DNA of 64,000 nucleotides from Octopus vulgaris (lineage: Eukaryota): assembly GCA_951406725.2 (NCBI GenBank), contig OX597818.1, positions 34,658,001-34,722,000 of the forward strand. The letters are read 5' to 3'. The position numbers were made by a program, and so were the translations under genes. Under the pieces are notes generated by a model. That model made no database searches. It was not told the DNA's origin and was given only the letters and a program-made list of their open reading frames with translations. Positions 25,752-38,831 of this stretch are shown piece after piece; the first letter of the stretch is position 1, and each line of letters opens with the position of its first letter.

Positions 25752-26683
25752 GTGTGGATGCTCAGAGAGTGTTGCCATTAGAATAAGAATAGCCTGGGCA
25801 AAGTTCAGAAATCTCCTACCTCTACTGGTGACAAAGGGCCTCTCACTCAGAGTTAAAGGTAGATTGTATGATGCATGTGTGCGAACTGCCATGCTTCACA
25901 GCAGTGAAACATAGGCCATGACTGCTGAAGACATGCATAGGCTCAAAAGAAATGAAGCTAGTATGATCCACTGGATGTGTCATGTCAGTGTGCACACACA
26001 ACAGAGTGTAAGCACCCTGAGAGAAATGTTGGACATAAGAAGCATCAGATGTGGTGTGCAAGAGAGACAACTGTGCTGGTATGGTTATGTGGATGAGATG
26101 AACTGTGTGAAGAAGTATCACTCCCTAACAGTGGAAGGAACCCGTGGAAGAGGGAGACCCAGGAAGACATGGGATGAGGTAGTGAAGCATGACCTTCGAA
26201 CGTTGGGCCTCACAGAGGCAATGACGAAAGACTGAGACCTCTGGAGATATACTGTGACTCAGAAGACCCGACAAGGAAAGTGAGATCACAGCTATAGCCT
26301 ACACCAATGTCACATAACCAGCCCGTTTAAAAAGTACCTTTGAATCTTCAGGTGACATTCTATACTTGAGGAGACCTATTGAGTCAAGTAAATCAAAATC
26401 AAATCAAATCACAATTAAAATGGAAATTGTAGTTGTGGCCATTACCAGTGCTGGTGGCATGCAGTAGGTACCATTCATGTGTGGGTTGCTGCCAGAGCTG
26501 CCTAACTGGCTCCCTGTGCTGGTGCCATGTAAAAAGCACCATCCAAATGTGGTTGATCCAGCTGTAGAAACATTGCCAAATCGGACAGGAACCTGGCGTG
26601 GTCTCCTGGCTTGCCACTCTCCAGTCAAACCATCCAACCAATGCCAGCATGGAAAATGGACGTTAGACGATGATGATCATGAT
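25750..26683 (+). mobile_element. 5'-truncated RTE LINE (C-terminus plus 3' UTR)
   Basis: GCSESVAIRIRIAWAKFRNLLPLL...LYDACVRTAMLHSSET*...GTRGRGRPRKTWDEVVKHDL, then a UTR ending ggacgttagacgatgatgat. Same family as 11390-12760. Confidence 0.92.
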
Positions 26684-26756
26684 ACCCAAGTAAGCACATA
26701 ACTGTGAAACAAGGTGGGAAAAAATAGTACTCAAATACCGGAGGTAGAGTAATATG

Positions 26757-26894
26757 CTTTATTTTTAAAGCTGCAAAACCATCACAAAAACTGCTGCTCA
26801 GAGTTTCATGTTCCCGTTCATCAGGGGAGCATGAAACTCTGAGTAGCAGTTTTTTGTGATTTTTTATGATGTTTTTGCAGCTTTGATAATAAAG
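26757..26894. ncRNA. Inverted repeat containing degenerate minimal hammerhead-ribozyme motifs (Penelope-like element remnant)
   Basis: Minus strand reads CUGAUGA-ACG(GGAA)CAU-GAAA-CUC-U-GAG-CA (26824->26795). Plus strand reads ...GGGAGCAU-GAAA-CUC-U-GAG-UA-GCAGUUUUU (26825-26854). Each arm ends near an AATAAA. Confidence 0.6.
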
Positions 26895-26984
26895 TGTGTA
26901 TATGTGTGTGTATGTATGTATATATATATATATGTATGTATTTATTTGTGTGTATCTATACATGCATATATATATATATTTATG

Positions 26985-27180
26985 TTTGTCAAGTGGTGAT
27001 GGGGGGGACAAACACATACATGCATACATACATACATGCATACATACGACAAGGCTTCTTTCAATTTCTGTCTACCAAATCCACTCATAAGGCTTTGGTT
27101 GGCCTGAGGCTATAGAGGAAGACACTTGCTCAAGGTGCCACGCAGTGGTACTGAACCCAGAACCATGTGGTTATGAAGCA
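26985..27180 (-). mobile_element. Partial SINE family A (5' half)
   Basis: tctaccaaatccactcataaggctttgg...gacacttgctcaaggtgccacgcagtgg. Confidence 0.85.
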
Positions 27181-28271
27181 TGTATATGCATATCTTGATT
27201 CAAAATTTTATCTAGAACTTTTATCTCAAATGAAATATTTTCTGGGGTTCAAAAAAGTGAACATGGTTTCATTTTTGTTGTTACCTTCAGTTGTTAACAT
27301 CAGTTCTAGTTCATTTTTGTTGTTACCATCCATAAATTACATTTCTCTTTTTGAACAGTAACCCAAATGTCATGCAGGTATTCTGTTGATTGATGTGGGC
27401 CTCTCTCTATATCTTACACAGTTAAGAAACTGAAAGTTTATATTCATATGTTATATTGCTAAACTTCATCTGTCATTTGTTTTACTGTGCAAAGCTATTT
27501 TATTTATTTAAAGGATTTGGTATTAGTTTAATACTCTCTGTAATATTGATTTCATGTATTTGAACAAGGCTGCAAACGTGCAAAAAATGGATACTGTCAA
27601 TTGAATCCTTTCATATATGCCTGTCATTGATCATAGAGAGAAAGAGGTAAAGCTGAGTAACTCTATTGAAAATTGAAGTCAGAATATAAAGACATACACC
27701 TAAATACTCCAAGACATTTTGTTGAGTGCTCAATCATTTCTACTACTTTATTAGCATATTTTTAGCTATATATTACTTATACTGAAGAAATAAAATTCCT
27801 GAATATAAATTAAAAAAGAAAAAAAAAAAACTCAAGTTGGTTTCTTTTGCTGATGTATAAAGCATAAATTTAGCTCTAGCAGTGTGATCAAGGAAGTGAT
27901 TTGTTCTTGAATGGTACTTAGAAATATATTCATTGAGAACAAATTGATTTGTAAAGGTTTCTTTGAAAATATATTGTATTCAAAATACCTCTCCAAACAA
28001 TTAACATTAAAACATCTTCAGGCATGAGCATGTTCTTATAATGTAAAGTTACTTCTGATCTGTCTGAAGAAGTAGATGCTACAGAATGCAACTTGAATCC
28101 ATTACTGCAAGCCATTGCTTTCACCTACATACATCCATATAAACTCTGTGTGTGTATAAAATCTTATGAAATATTTTATGTACATATGTAAACTTTTAGA
28201 CATATATATATATACATATCAGAGTTTATATGCATCCACACAATTTTTGTATATGTATGTGTGTGTCTGTA

Positions 28272-28304
<33 letters not shown>

Positions 28305-29899
28305 TTATGTGCATACTTACACAAAATTGCTGATGTGAAATTTAATTTTTAATGTACTGAACTATTTAATATTTTAACATTGTGGGACACCTATCATTAT
28401 ATTTGCTGAGTTAACCATGCAAAAAATTCAGTGTTTTTAAAAATAAATGCAGAAAGTACTTTTACCATATTTTTGTAGATCACTATTTCAGAAAAATACT
28501 CAGTTGAATATATCAAAAGTAACCTGTTTTTCATTTTTCTTTTAATGAAAACGTTGACACATCTAATCAAAGTGTATTATAAAATACTTGTACACTTAAC
28601 TGTCATTATCATCATATTATCAAACATATGATAGTGACAGTTGTTGCTTAGTATCTCCAGTCAGCTCTGTTTAAGTAGAAATAATTCTAATATGTTAATA
28701 ATTTAATGTTTAGAAGGAAGCTATAGATCTAGCAAACAAATTATCATTATACTGTACATTTTGCATTTTGTTATATGATTCTAAAGTGTGGTTGTTCCGG
28801 ATATTGTGGTATTAGTGCTTAGGTCATATCTTGATGGGCTTAGCTGTCTTCAGGTAGTTAACAGCAGTTTTGCAGGTTTTGAATTTATTTTTCATACTAA
28901 TGTTGGTTGTCAGCTATTCAGAACAGCTCTTTTTTTCCATCTTTAACTCTCTAGCGTTAGATTTTTCTATTTGGTCTTTTTTCTATTTTAAGCTAATATT
29001 GTAACGTGCATATCTTTATAATGTGTATAGCAGAATACACTCACAATTGTAATGCTATTTTATCCATTATATTTTGCATATGGCCATTTCCATTATTGAT
29101 CACTCCTGGGTCTATTTTTAGAGTAACTAATGCACTCTCTCAGCTGCAAAAAAAACTATTTCCATATGACCTTCCAAATTTTAAATATTTTTTATTTAAC
29201 CAGATAAATATAGATGTATATAGATGACTTGCATTGTTACAATGTTTGCTTTTATATTGATGGTAATTCATACAGAAGTGTTGAATTTAGAAAAAAAATA
29301 TATAATAGTGATTATTACATTTTTAACCTGAAATGTAATAAAATACATTTTTAACCTTGACATTGGATTCTTGTCTTGAAAGACTAAATGGAAACAGGTG
29401 GCAAATTTGAGTAGTAGACAACCAGCCTTGGTTGACAGTTTACACTTTTAAGTGGCATTGTGTTATATCTGTAGCCAAGACACTTAACTCTTAATGTCTG
29501 AGTTCACCTAGCTCTAAGTATATAATTATAGGATTGTTCTTCAAACCAGGTCACTATGATTTTAAGTAATATTTTTGTGACTGTCCTGCCTGGAACTACA
29601 TTACCAATGTGCTTCTTTGTTTTTTTTAAACTGTGAAGTGGGATTTGAGGAAGATTTGACCAGTATTTCTTGCAGTTTAGCAGCCATGCACAGACTTCAT
29701 TATTGGTTTTGATAGTTTATGATTTAATTCATGCTGTATGCAGAGACAATACTATGGAATTGGCAAGTAATTTGTTCATTTGTAGTGCCATGTTGCTCTT
29801 TTCCAGAATGGTCATCAACTGGGTTTTTGAATTGCTTCTTTGATCCTTAAATGAGGCATTGACCATGGAGTAACTGATCATAAAGGCTCCTACAAAGAG

Positions 29900-30720
29900 G
29901 ACACAAGTTAAAAATATGCACTACATGGTCTATGCCATCTCAGAATGGTATTCTTTTGTGTAGTCTTTTTTTTTTTACTACTATGTGGAATGTACTGAGA
30001 TGCACTGTTTCCTTCATGTCCAGCAACAGAGTTGAATGAACAATTTTTAGGCCACCCTTTCTTGGCCCTTCCTTGGCTAGGGTGATTAATAAAGTCCCTA
30101 AATAGGAATGCTGTCACATTTTAAGGGAGATACTGGGGGAAGCTGTCATTATGTTGTTTATATGTTAAGTTCTAACTAGAAGCACCCTACACATTCAGGC
30201 TTGCTTCTGTTATTGTGATCAGTCTGACAGTGATGGAAATCACTGTCAGACTGTTTAAAGATCCATGATTCTGTATCTACATTGCAGAAGACAAAACACC
30301 TGTGTAAGACACCTGGTATAGGGGGTTGTATATTTCCTTGTGTAGCTTTCTTCACTGCAAAAAAAAAGGAGATTGCTGTGGCAAGGGTAGATTTAAGACC
30401 TCTTACCAGTTGCAGGAGGTTGCCTGGAATGTACTCTGTCAGAAAAACTGACAACCACATCTTGTGTTTCTCTTAGACTATGGTATCTTCCTGCACTTCA
30501 TGACTTCACTCGCAAGGCAGCAAGCCAGTGTTTGATAAGTAATAGAGCACATCCACCAAGGTGGGCCTGTACTGTGTATTTCTGGGGCTCACTGTTGCTC
30601 TGAAATCCTTGTCAATTTAACATGGTACTGCAAAGCACTTAGTTACCACACAGCTGCAGAGAGGCATGGTAGGAGTCTTGGTAAAAGAGAGCTGTATGTT
30701 GGTAGTGAAGACTCTCATAC
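29900..30720 (-). mobile_element. Highly decayed LINE (RTE/RTEX-like) C-terminal region
   Basis: Weak motifs on the minus strand: TESWIF (YGSExW-like) and HPSQGRAKKGWP (WxPxHGxxxRGRP-like). Confidence 0.45.
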
Positions 30721-31651
30721 TTGGCTGCTTCCTGGTTCACCACTTAAGCTAACCCTGAAGCTGTGAGCTGTAAGTAAAACAGTTGTAGACCTATTGCACA
30801 GAAAGCATCACATCACCCTATTTACATACACATGCACACACACACATACATTCACACCCACATGTACATATGTGTATGCATGTGTATTTGAGAGTATGTA
30901 TATGTGTGTATTAAAACACTTAAAGCTGTTTCTGTTTTACTACCGCCGCCTGTATTGTTATTAGTATCACCAGTTAAATTCTCTTTCTTCTATCTTTTAT
31001 ATGTTAGAAATGCATTACTCTCTTTTGTCATATCAACTATAAGTTCTAAATTTTCTAGTATGTAATCTGATAATTTGATCCAATGACTCCTTTGAACTAC
31101 TTGCTGCCTTGGCTACCTTTTCCTTGTATATGCTTAGTGTACTTTTTCTCATCTGTGTAAACCATTACTGTTATCTCTTGTGGATGAATCGATGAAATGA
31201 CTACAACATAATCACTTTCTTATTCCACTTCCATTCATCCTATTAGTCATATCTTCATCAACCTTATCCAATCGCCCATGTCTCATTCACATTTTCATTT
31301 TATTCCCCCTTCACGAAAACACTGTTGAGACCTTAATGGGCAACATCTCAAAATCTTTCAAATAAAATCACAACCCATTTTTTAAAAATATCAGCAAATT
31401 ACATTCCCCTCTAAACTTTATGCCAGTGTTGTTTCCATGCTAGTACTGTGTTGTTAAAATTATAAAATGTGTATACAGCACCCAGGGTATTTCTCTAACC
31501 ATCCTTAGCTTGTATCATGCAAACTGCATATTACAGAATCGTAGAATTGTAGCTTGTTTATTATGTATGAAGCTACTTCCAAGCTATTTAAGATATCACC
31601 TTTGAAGAGGTTTGTGTGTGCATGCATGCATGCATGTACACACACACACAG

Positions 31652-31696
<45 letters not shown>

Positions 31697-32493
31697 CTTC
31701 TTTTCTGTCTTGCACTTTCCTTGTCTCCCATACATTTCACACAGATAGAAATATGAAGTCTCTTTGTACTTGATTCATTTATATTTAGGTATACATTAAC
31801 ACATATACACACATATATATATTTATATATGACTTTGCACTAAAAACTACTGAACAAAAAGAAAAACAAGTTAAAATTAGTTCCTATTAAAAAAGCACAG
31901 CATGAGATTAATAGAAAAGTGGCTGTTTAGTTTACAGGAAAGGAGTGGGTACTACAGTAAATATACCTACTAAATATGATGCCTGTTCTCTGATACATTG
32001 ATTCAATACTAATCACATTAAATGTACTAGTGTACAGCTATTATAATAGGGCTAACCAAATTTACCTGTTTGAATCAATGCAAGCATAGTGATGGAACTT
32101 CAGTGTTGTTGATAGAGCTTTAAGAAACTGATGTATATAAAGAAATTAATTGAGAATGTATTAAAAGTATTGGTTGACATATGCAGAAAAATAACAGGAT
32201 TAGTTCTGTTTTTATTACAGCTGTTTTTCCATGCTCAATTGGGTTTGATTGATATGTTATTTGAGGCATTGTTGTACAGCCAGATACCTTTTCTGATGCT
32301 AATCCTTACTTGTTTTTCATGTAGGGGTCACTTATTCAACACAGCTTTGAAAACCGGAAGTACCCTGACAATTTCCTAACTAGCGAAACTGGCCACGCTG
32401 CCCACTACACTTTTGGACAAGAGATTATAGGTGTAACCACAACACACAAATGCATATACAAAACAAAAAAATCAGTTCATAAGTTATTTAGTT

Positions 32494-32735
32494 ATAAAGA
32501 TTATTTGCCAACATAACATGGCAGTCCTGGTTTAGGAGGAACGTTGCTGTAATTTAGCCCCAGGAGACATCATCTCCAGTTGGCTACACAACACGATCTG
32601 TCCTTATATTTTCAAACAAAGGACACAGATCATGTTGTGTAGCTAGCTGGAGACAACGTCTCCTGGGGCTAAATTACAGCAACATTTGTCCTAAACCAGG
32701 ACTGCCATGTTATGTTGGCAAATAATCTTTACTAT
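32494..32735. mobile_element. Foldback MITE with ~110-bp TIRs
   Basis: taaagattatttgccaacataacatggcagtcctggtttagg... is inverted as ...cctaaaccaggactgccatgttatgttggcaaataatcttta, with a short central spacer and TA-rich flanks. Confidence 0.9.
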
Positions 32736-33149
32736 AGAGTACTGTTGCTGAATATCTCTCATTGAGAGATTTACAAATCATAATTTTCATCATTATTTAG
32801 TTATGACATCATGCATATATTTCATTAATAGTAATGCCTGTTATTTAAGGGAAACCTGATAGACACTTATGAAATTCTCCAGTTTTATTTTCTTTATATG
32901 TAATCTATGATCAAACTATGGAGACCAGTGAAAAGAAACTTGGATTATGAGTTTTTTTTCATAGTTTTCTCATTTGATGTATAACAATACATGTAAAGTT
33001 CTTTCAATTTCCACTTACTAAATCCATTCACTAGGTTTTGGTTGACCTGGGGTTGGACACTTGCTCAAGGTGCTATGTTGTAGGATGGAACCCAAAACCA
33101 TGTAAATGGGAAGCAAAGTTCTCAACCACACAGTCATGCCTGTGCTTAT

Positions 33150-33670
33150 GATAAGGTTATAGTCCAAAATTCAAGGGAGCTAGTAAGGGTCTGGTCTGCA
33201 ATGTTAACAAGTAATCCAAGGGAGAGCTGGTAAAATGTTTGTAAGTTTCATTGCTGGCTCTTGCCTTTCAGTAGATGATGTTATTGCTCTGGCATTGAAT
33301 GAAGAAGAGATGTAAGGAATGTCAGTAGGTGCTGCATACTGGGTAGGTATTAGCTTTGTGCTGTATCCTGGTAGAGTGAGACCAAAATAAGTATTGAGAA
33401 GAAATAGATTGGACAGACCTTAGAATATTACTTCAGAGTATCTGGATATATGTTGTTGCTACCCTATTCCTCTTAACTGGATCAGTTTTTTAAAAAATGT
33501 AAAAATATTGATGTTTATGGTGTGCATATTTTCTTACAAAAATAGACGTACATGGCATGGTCATGAGTAATGTTATATGTAATAAAGGCATTAAAACCTA
33601 CAGATGCCACCAATAAAAGTAAGATATATACAAATGTAATGAGAAAAATGCTGGATATAAGGCCATTGGT
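33150..33670 (+). mobile_element. Decayed LINE reverse transcriptase fragment
   Basis: VDDVIALALNEEEM-like (~33271) and EYLDI-like (~33436) motifs; heavily degraded. Confidence 0.4.
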
Positions 33671-33808
33671 TTTTGTTTATATATACATATGCATACACAC
33701 ACACACACAATAGTGTGTTCATAATATCTTGTTTCAATACTCTACTGTACTACAGAATATATCTGTAAATTTTAACCAACACCATATAATAGTATAATAG
33801 ACTGATGT

Positions 33809-33939
33809 TTCCACTGAGGTCGACTTTGCCTTTCATCCTTTCGGGGTCGATAAATTAGGTACCAGTTGTGTACTGGGGTCAATCTAATTGACTGGCCCCC
33901 GCTCCCAAAATTTCGGGCCTTGTACCTAGAGGAGAAAAG
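33809..33939 (+). mobile_element. Young 5'-truncated SINE family B with a perfect 18-bp TSD
   Basis: AGTATAATAGACTGATGT at 33791-33808 and 33940-33957; the body retains CpGs. Confidence 0.95.
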
Positions 33940-34154
33940 AGTATAATAGACTGATGTAAACATCTTATATTTATATAAAATATCTTCATGGAAAGAAAAA
34001 GAGAGATCAACTAGAATAATTTCACTCCTATGTTGAGATTTTATTGATGACTGAGTATTCTTTGTAATGTAAATTACATTTGCAAGTCAGTACCATTGAA
34101 ATAAAATTCGTAATGTACTAATATTTAATTAATTGAACTAGCTACAAGAATGCA

Positions 34155-34185
<31 letters not shown>

Positions 34186-35714
34186 CTAATCAGTCTGTCT
34201 GATTTGTAGAAACCCTAAGTAAAGGTGGATTTATAAGCAGTGTCTACATAGACTGCTAAAAATATTAAAGAGAACTTGGTCACTGATGAAATTTTAAAGC
34301 AAGAGTGAAGCTAATCTGGTTTGTCCTTTTTTTTTCTGTACATGAAGATATTGTATATAAAGATAAGTTGTTTACTTCTATCTATAAAATCTAGTGTTGA
34401 TTGTAAATTTATACATATAGTCTGTAGTACAGCATAGCCTTGAAACAAAATACTGTTAATGCACCAGTAATTTATTAATCATTCTGATTGATGATTAATG
34501 GAAGAAGTAACTGAGAAATATTTCTGTTTTGAGTTGGATATAAATTTGATCTTATAGCTTAAAGAAGAAATAACTTAGTTTGGATATTTGGAAAGATTTT
34601 TTTCCAGTGTATATTTTCCTTACCAAAAAAGATAAAAATCTTGTACAAATTCATATATATGTAAACAAAACATGTTGAATTAACATAAATTTTGAAGATG
34701 ATGATAATGTCAGTTGTAATTTAAACATCTAATATTGCTTTTGCTAGATAAATTATAATTATCCCAGACATTTCAGATCAATATTGTCGATATTATATCC
34801 TTATATATTCAGCTGTTTCTGCTTTATACAAGTTGTCATCAGAGGTCATTGTTTATTGTCAGTAAATAAAGAACAGTGACTATTTCACTCTTCCACACAA
34901 ATGCATACGCACATAATACTCTTTTATTGAACACAACTTTTTTGAATGGTCAATAGAACCAAGTCCCTGATCTACATTCTCATGTGCACATGTATGTAAA
35001 TGTGTACCTGCATGTGTATCATCATCATCGTTTAATGTCCATACTATCATGACAAGTGTATATGTATATTATGACATAAGTATGTATTTATGGAGGCTTG
35101 TATTTTGTGTAAATCAGGTATGCTAAACCAGTGACACTTGGTCTACAACTAGTGTTTTATGACTTTTTGTCTGGTATATGCAATATCATGGTTAAATAAA
35201 TATAATAACATTCTACTGAAAGTTTGTAATATAATAATATTTAGGCTTCACTTTATTTGAACATTCTTGTTTCTTTTTCTTTCACTCAGTCATTCACTAA
35301 TGTTATCTCTTCATCAGATTTTTATGATTTGTTTATATGACTACACAATTTTTCATATGATCTGTTGCAAGGGAAAGATTGCCTATATGTGGTGAATGTA
35401 AATATATGAATATTTTTCTGTGAATATGCATGTTTCTATATATATATACATATATCTTTTACCCTATATATATATATAGGTAGCCAGTGCAGGAAATAAA
35501 AACCTTTTAGGTAAATTTTACAAATTGGGTCAGCTTGATGCATCACCATGCACTGCTAGAAATAGACGTTAAAGTCTTTTTTACTACCTTGGTAGTAAAA
35601 AATACTTTGTCTATTTCTAGCACCTTGTTATAATTATAAAATAATTTGTAAATGCACACACACATATATATATATATATACACACACATATACACATACA
35701 TATATAGGGGTATT

Positions 35715-36032
35715 TGGTTCACAGTCATAAGGTCATGAGTTCAATTCCTGGCAGCACATTGTGTTCCTGAGCAAGACACTTTATTTCATATTACTTTAGT
35801 CCACTGAGCTGGCAAAAATGAGTTGTAATTCAAAGGACCAGCCTTGTCATATTCTGTGTCTTGCTGAGTCTTCTTGAGAACTACGTCAAGGGTATGTGTG
35901 TTTGTGGAGTGCTAGACCACTTGCATGTTAATTTCATGAGCAGGCTGTTCTGCTCATAACTGATGAGATGCCAGCTTTTTAAATGGCAGTGCCCCAGCAT
36001 GGCTGCAGCTCTTGAGCTGAAACTAGTAAAGA
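35715..36032 (+). mobile_element. tRNA-derived SINE, family C
   Basis: B-box gagttcaattcc, body gtgttcctgagcaagacacttta, and 3' tail gtgccccagcatggctgcag...ctgaaactagtaaaga shared with family A. Confidence 0.75.
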
Positions 36033-36475
36033 ATATATATATTAATAAAAGAAGGTAGTCAGAATTTAGATAAACACTCTTTATTGAGTGCTTTCATTCC
36101 CTCGAAGAATTCATCATGAATTGTGGGCTGTTGGAAATTTTTCCCTTTCAGATATATTTGTTTTCTTGGGTTTAGGAAAAAGCATGTTCTTTATAAATTT
36201 GAATCTATATGAATGTGTGGTGAATTTTAAAACTAGGCATGTATGAGATTTTGAGAGAGCTGGTTAGAGAAGGAAGTAAAAAAAAAAAATGAAATTACAG
36301 GAATTAAGAGGTATTTTCTGGGATAGTTGATTTGATGACAGGTCAAAAGAGGTCAAACTTTTTATCAACTGCAATAAATTGTCCATTTTTTCTCATTAAA
36401 TGGTTGACAAACTTTTGGTTAGCTATTCTGTGGCTGCTTAGCTTCAGAATTCACCAAATTGTTTGAGAAGACTTT

Positions 36476-36531
<56 letters not shown>

Positions 36532-37106
36532 GTGGGGAGTAGATGTTTTTGTATGTTGATTATGAGTTAATTTTTCCATTAATTATAGTAACAGTAATAA
36601 TATCATTAATAATATCCAGTGATTATTTAGTTTGGTTCATTTGGAAAAGTAATTTTTTTCGTTGAAAAAGACATGAAAAATTTTCAGAGTTACTGCTTTC
36701 CTGGAAAGTTCTGGAATCAAGTCTTGCTTATGTATTTCACTTTTTTCTGTATAATTTCTATGACAGGATGTCTTTCCTATTGCCAACCACTCTACAATGT
36801 GTACTGGGTACATTTTATTGCGATACCAGCACAGAAAGTTTGGTATGTCCTCAGGAAGACTGAAGTCTCTTCTCCACCCTGCATTATTTCTGTTCATTTG
36901 CCAACTACTTTACTGAATGTACTGGATGCATTTCATTGAGGCAAGAAAGTGTGAGTTGGTAGTAAAGGAAGCTATATAATAATTCTTGATAGGGAGATTG
37001 AACAGAAATAGCATGCATGGCGTGATGGGGGAAAGAGACAGAAATAAGAGGAGGATAGAAGAGGGAGTGAGAGAGAGTGACAGGAGAGAGGCAGTGATAG
37101 AAAAGT

Positions 37107-37411
37107 GAATTATGTAAGTTTGAGAGAATGTTGGAGTTGAGGGAGAGAGAGAGAGAGTGATGGATGTCAACAATGCGTGATAGAGAAAGGTGTAGTGTGT
37201 GTGTGTGTGAGTGAGAGACAGCTTTGAAGATGGTTAATAGTGAGAGTATAAGATGATGAGTTATGTAAGTTTGAGAGAATGTTGGAGTTGAGGGAGAGAG
37301 AGATAGAGTGGATGTCAACAATGAGTGATAGAGAAAGGTGTAGTGTGTGTGTGTGTGTGTGTGAGTGAGAGACAGCTTTGAAGATGGTTAATGGTAAGAG
37401 AGTAAGATGAT
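37107..37411. repeat. Tandem duplication of a ~152-bp GA/GT-rich unit
   Basis: ttatgtaagtttgagagaatgttggagttgaggg...cagctttgaagatggttaat occurs at ~37109 and ~37261. Confidence 0.9.
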
Positions 37412-37443
37412 GGTTGTCAACAATGAGCAATAGGGGAAGAAGT

Positions 37444-37485
<42 letters not shown>

Positions 37486-37682
37486 TGATAGTTACCAATA
37501 AAGAATGGGTAATGGTATGGAGGATTGTGTAAAGACAAATCTAATATGATGCAATCCTTTGGTACACACACTGCATGGTGGGAGAGAAATATTAATAGTA
37601 AGGAGGAATATGGGTAGGAGTGGTGAGTAAGTGATTGATGTTAGAGGAGTAGAGTGGTATATGGAGATTTAGCATGAATATA

Positions 37683-38831
37683 TGAAGGTGGGCTAAAAAG
37701 TGATACTACACCTGTGACAGGTTACTTGCATTAATTTCAGCTCTTCTTATTAGTAACTGCATTGTTTTGTTCCAGGTAAACTGACATCTGACTGTTCAAA
37801 GAAAACTTCAGATCTAACTTAGTAGTGACTTATCTTGGAAATAGAGGAAATTTGGCATCATGGTGTTATCAAGTACCTGCAGAAAAAAGGTTTAGCCCCC
37901 CCCCCCCCGAACATCCATGATGACATGCATGCTATATTAGGGGATGATGGTCCAGCTTTATCAACAGTACAAAAGAAAGCAGCTGAACTTAGGAGGGGAA
38001 GAGAGAGTCTTGAATATGACCCAAGGTTATAAATCAAATAGCCAATGCTATTAATATATTCCATGGAAGAGATGAGAATATTCTGAACAGTGAACTTGGT
38101 ATGATGAAGGTTTTTGATCAGTAGATGCCATATTTTCTGACACCTGATCACAAGCACACCAGCCTGATCACATCACAGGAAAATCTGACATTGTTTGAGG
38201 TAGTTCCAGTTGGTTTCCTCAGCCATTTCCTTACCCAGGATAAGTGTTGAGGCCATCACTTTGAGCCAGAGACAAAAAGACAATCCATGCAGTGGAAACA
38301 CTTCTCCTCACCTGCTCTGAACAAGGCCAAGGTTGTGTCATCTGCAGGGAAGGTGATGGCCTCAGTTTTTTGGGATGCAAAAAGCATTGTGTTTATTGAT
38401 TATCATCAAAAGGATCACACCATCAATGGAGAGTAGTATGCTAACTTGCTGAGGTAGTCATGAAAGGCTATCAGGACCCAAGAAAACTGATGAAAGGGGT
38501 CTTCTTTCATCAGGACAATGCTCATGGCTGCTGTATGTGACTGTGGATTTGAACTGGTTGATCCATATTCTCCTGATTTGGCCCCATCTGATTGTCATCT
38601 ATTCCCCAATATGAAAAAACACTTGGCTGGGAACCAGTATTGCTGTGATGATGATGTCATGTCTAATGTTGATGACTTTCATGACCAACAGGATGAAAGC
38701 GTCTTTGCCAATAGGATCCAAGCACTGCGGCACTTGTGGAAGAAAGGGGTCTGTTTTGGAAAATAAATCTCATTTTGTCACATTCCGTGAGAGTGTCTTG
38801 GACAGCGTACAAACATTTCAGCTAAAGTTCA
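37683..38831 (+). mobile_element. Defective mariner (irritans/Himar1-like)
   Basis: HGVIKYLQKKGL, RRGRESLEYDPR, FLTQD, HHFEPETKRQSMQWKH, SAGKVMASVFWDA, FHQDNA, PYSPDLAPSD. Degenerate TIRs with TA flanks. Confidence 0.9.

Noticed and set aside
27930-28140. Coding-like stretch (SDLSEEVDATECNLNPLLQ on +; 64-aa ORF on -)
   Set aside because: No convincing acceptor/donor pair on either strand.
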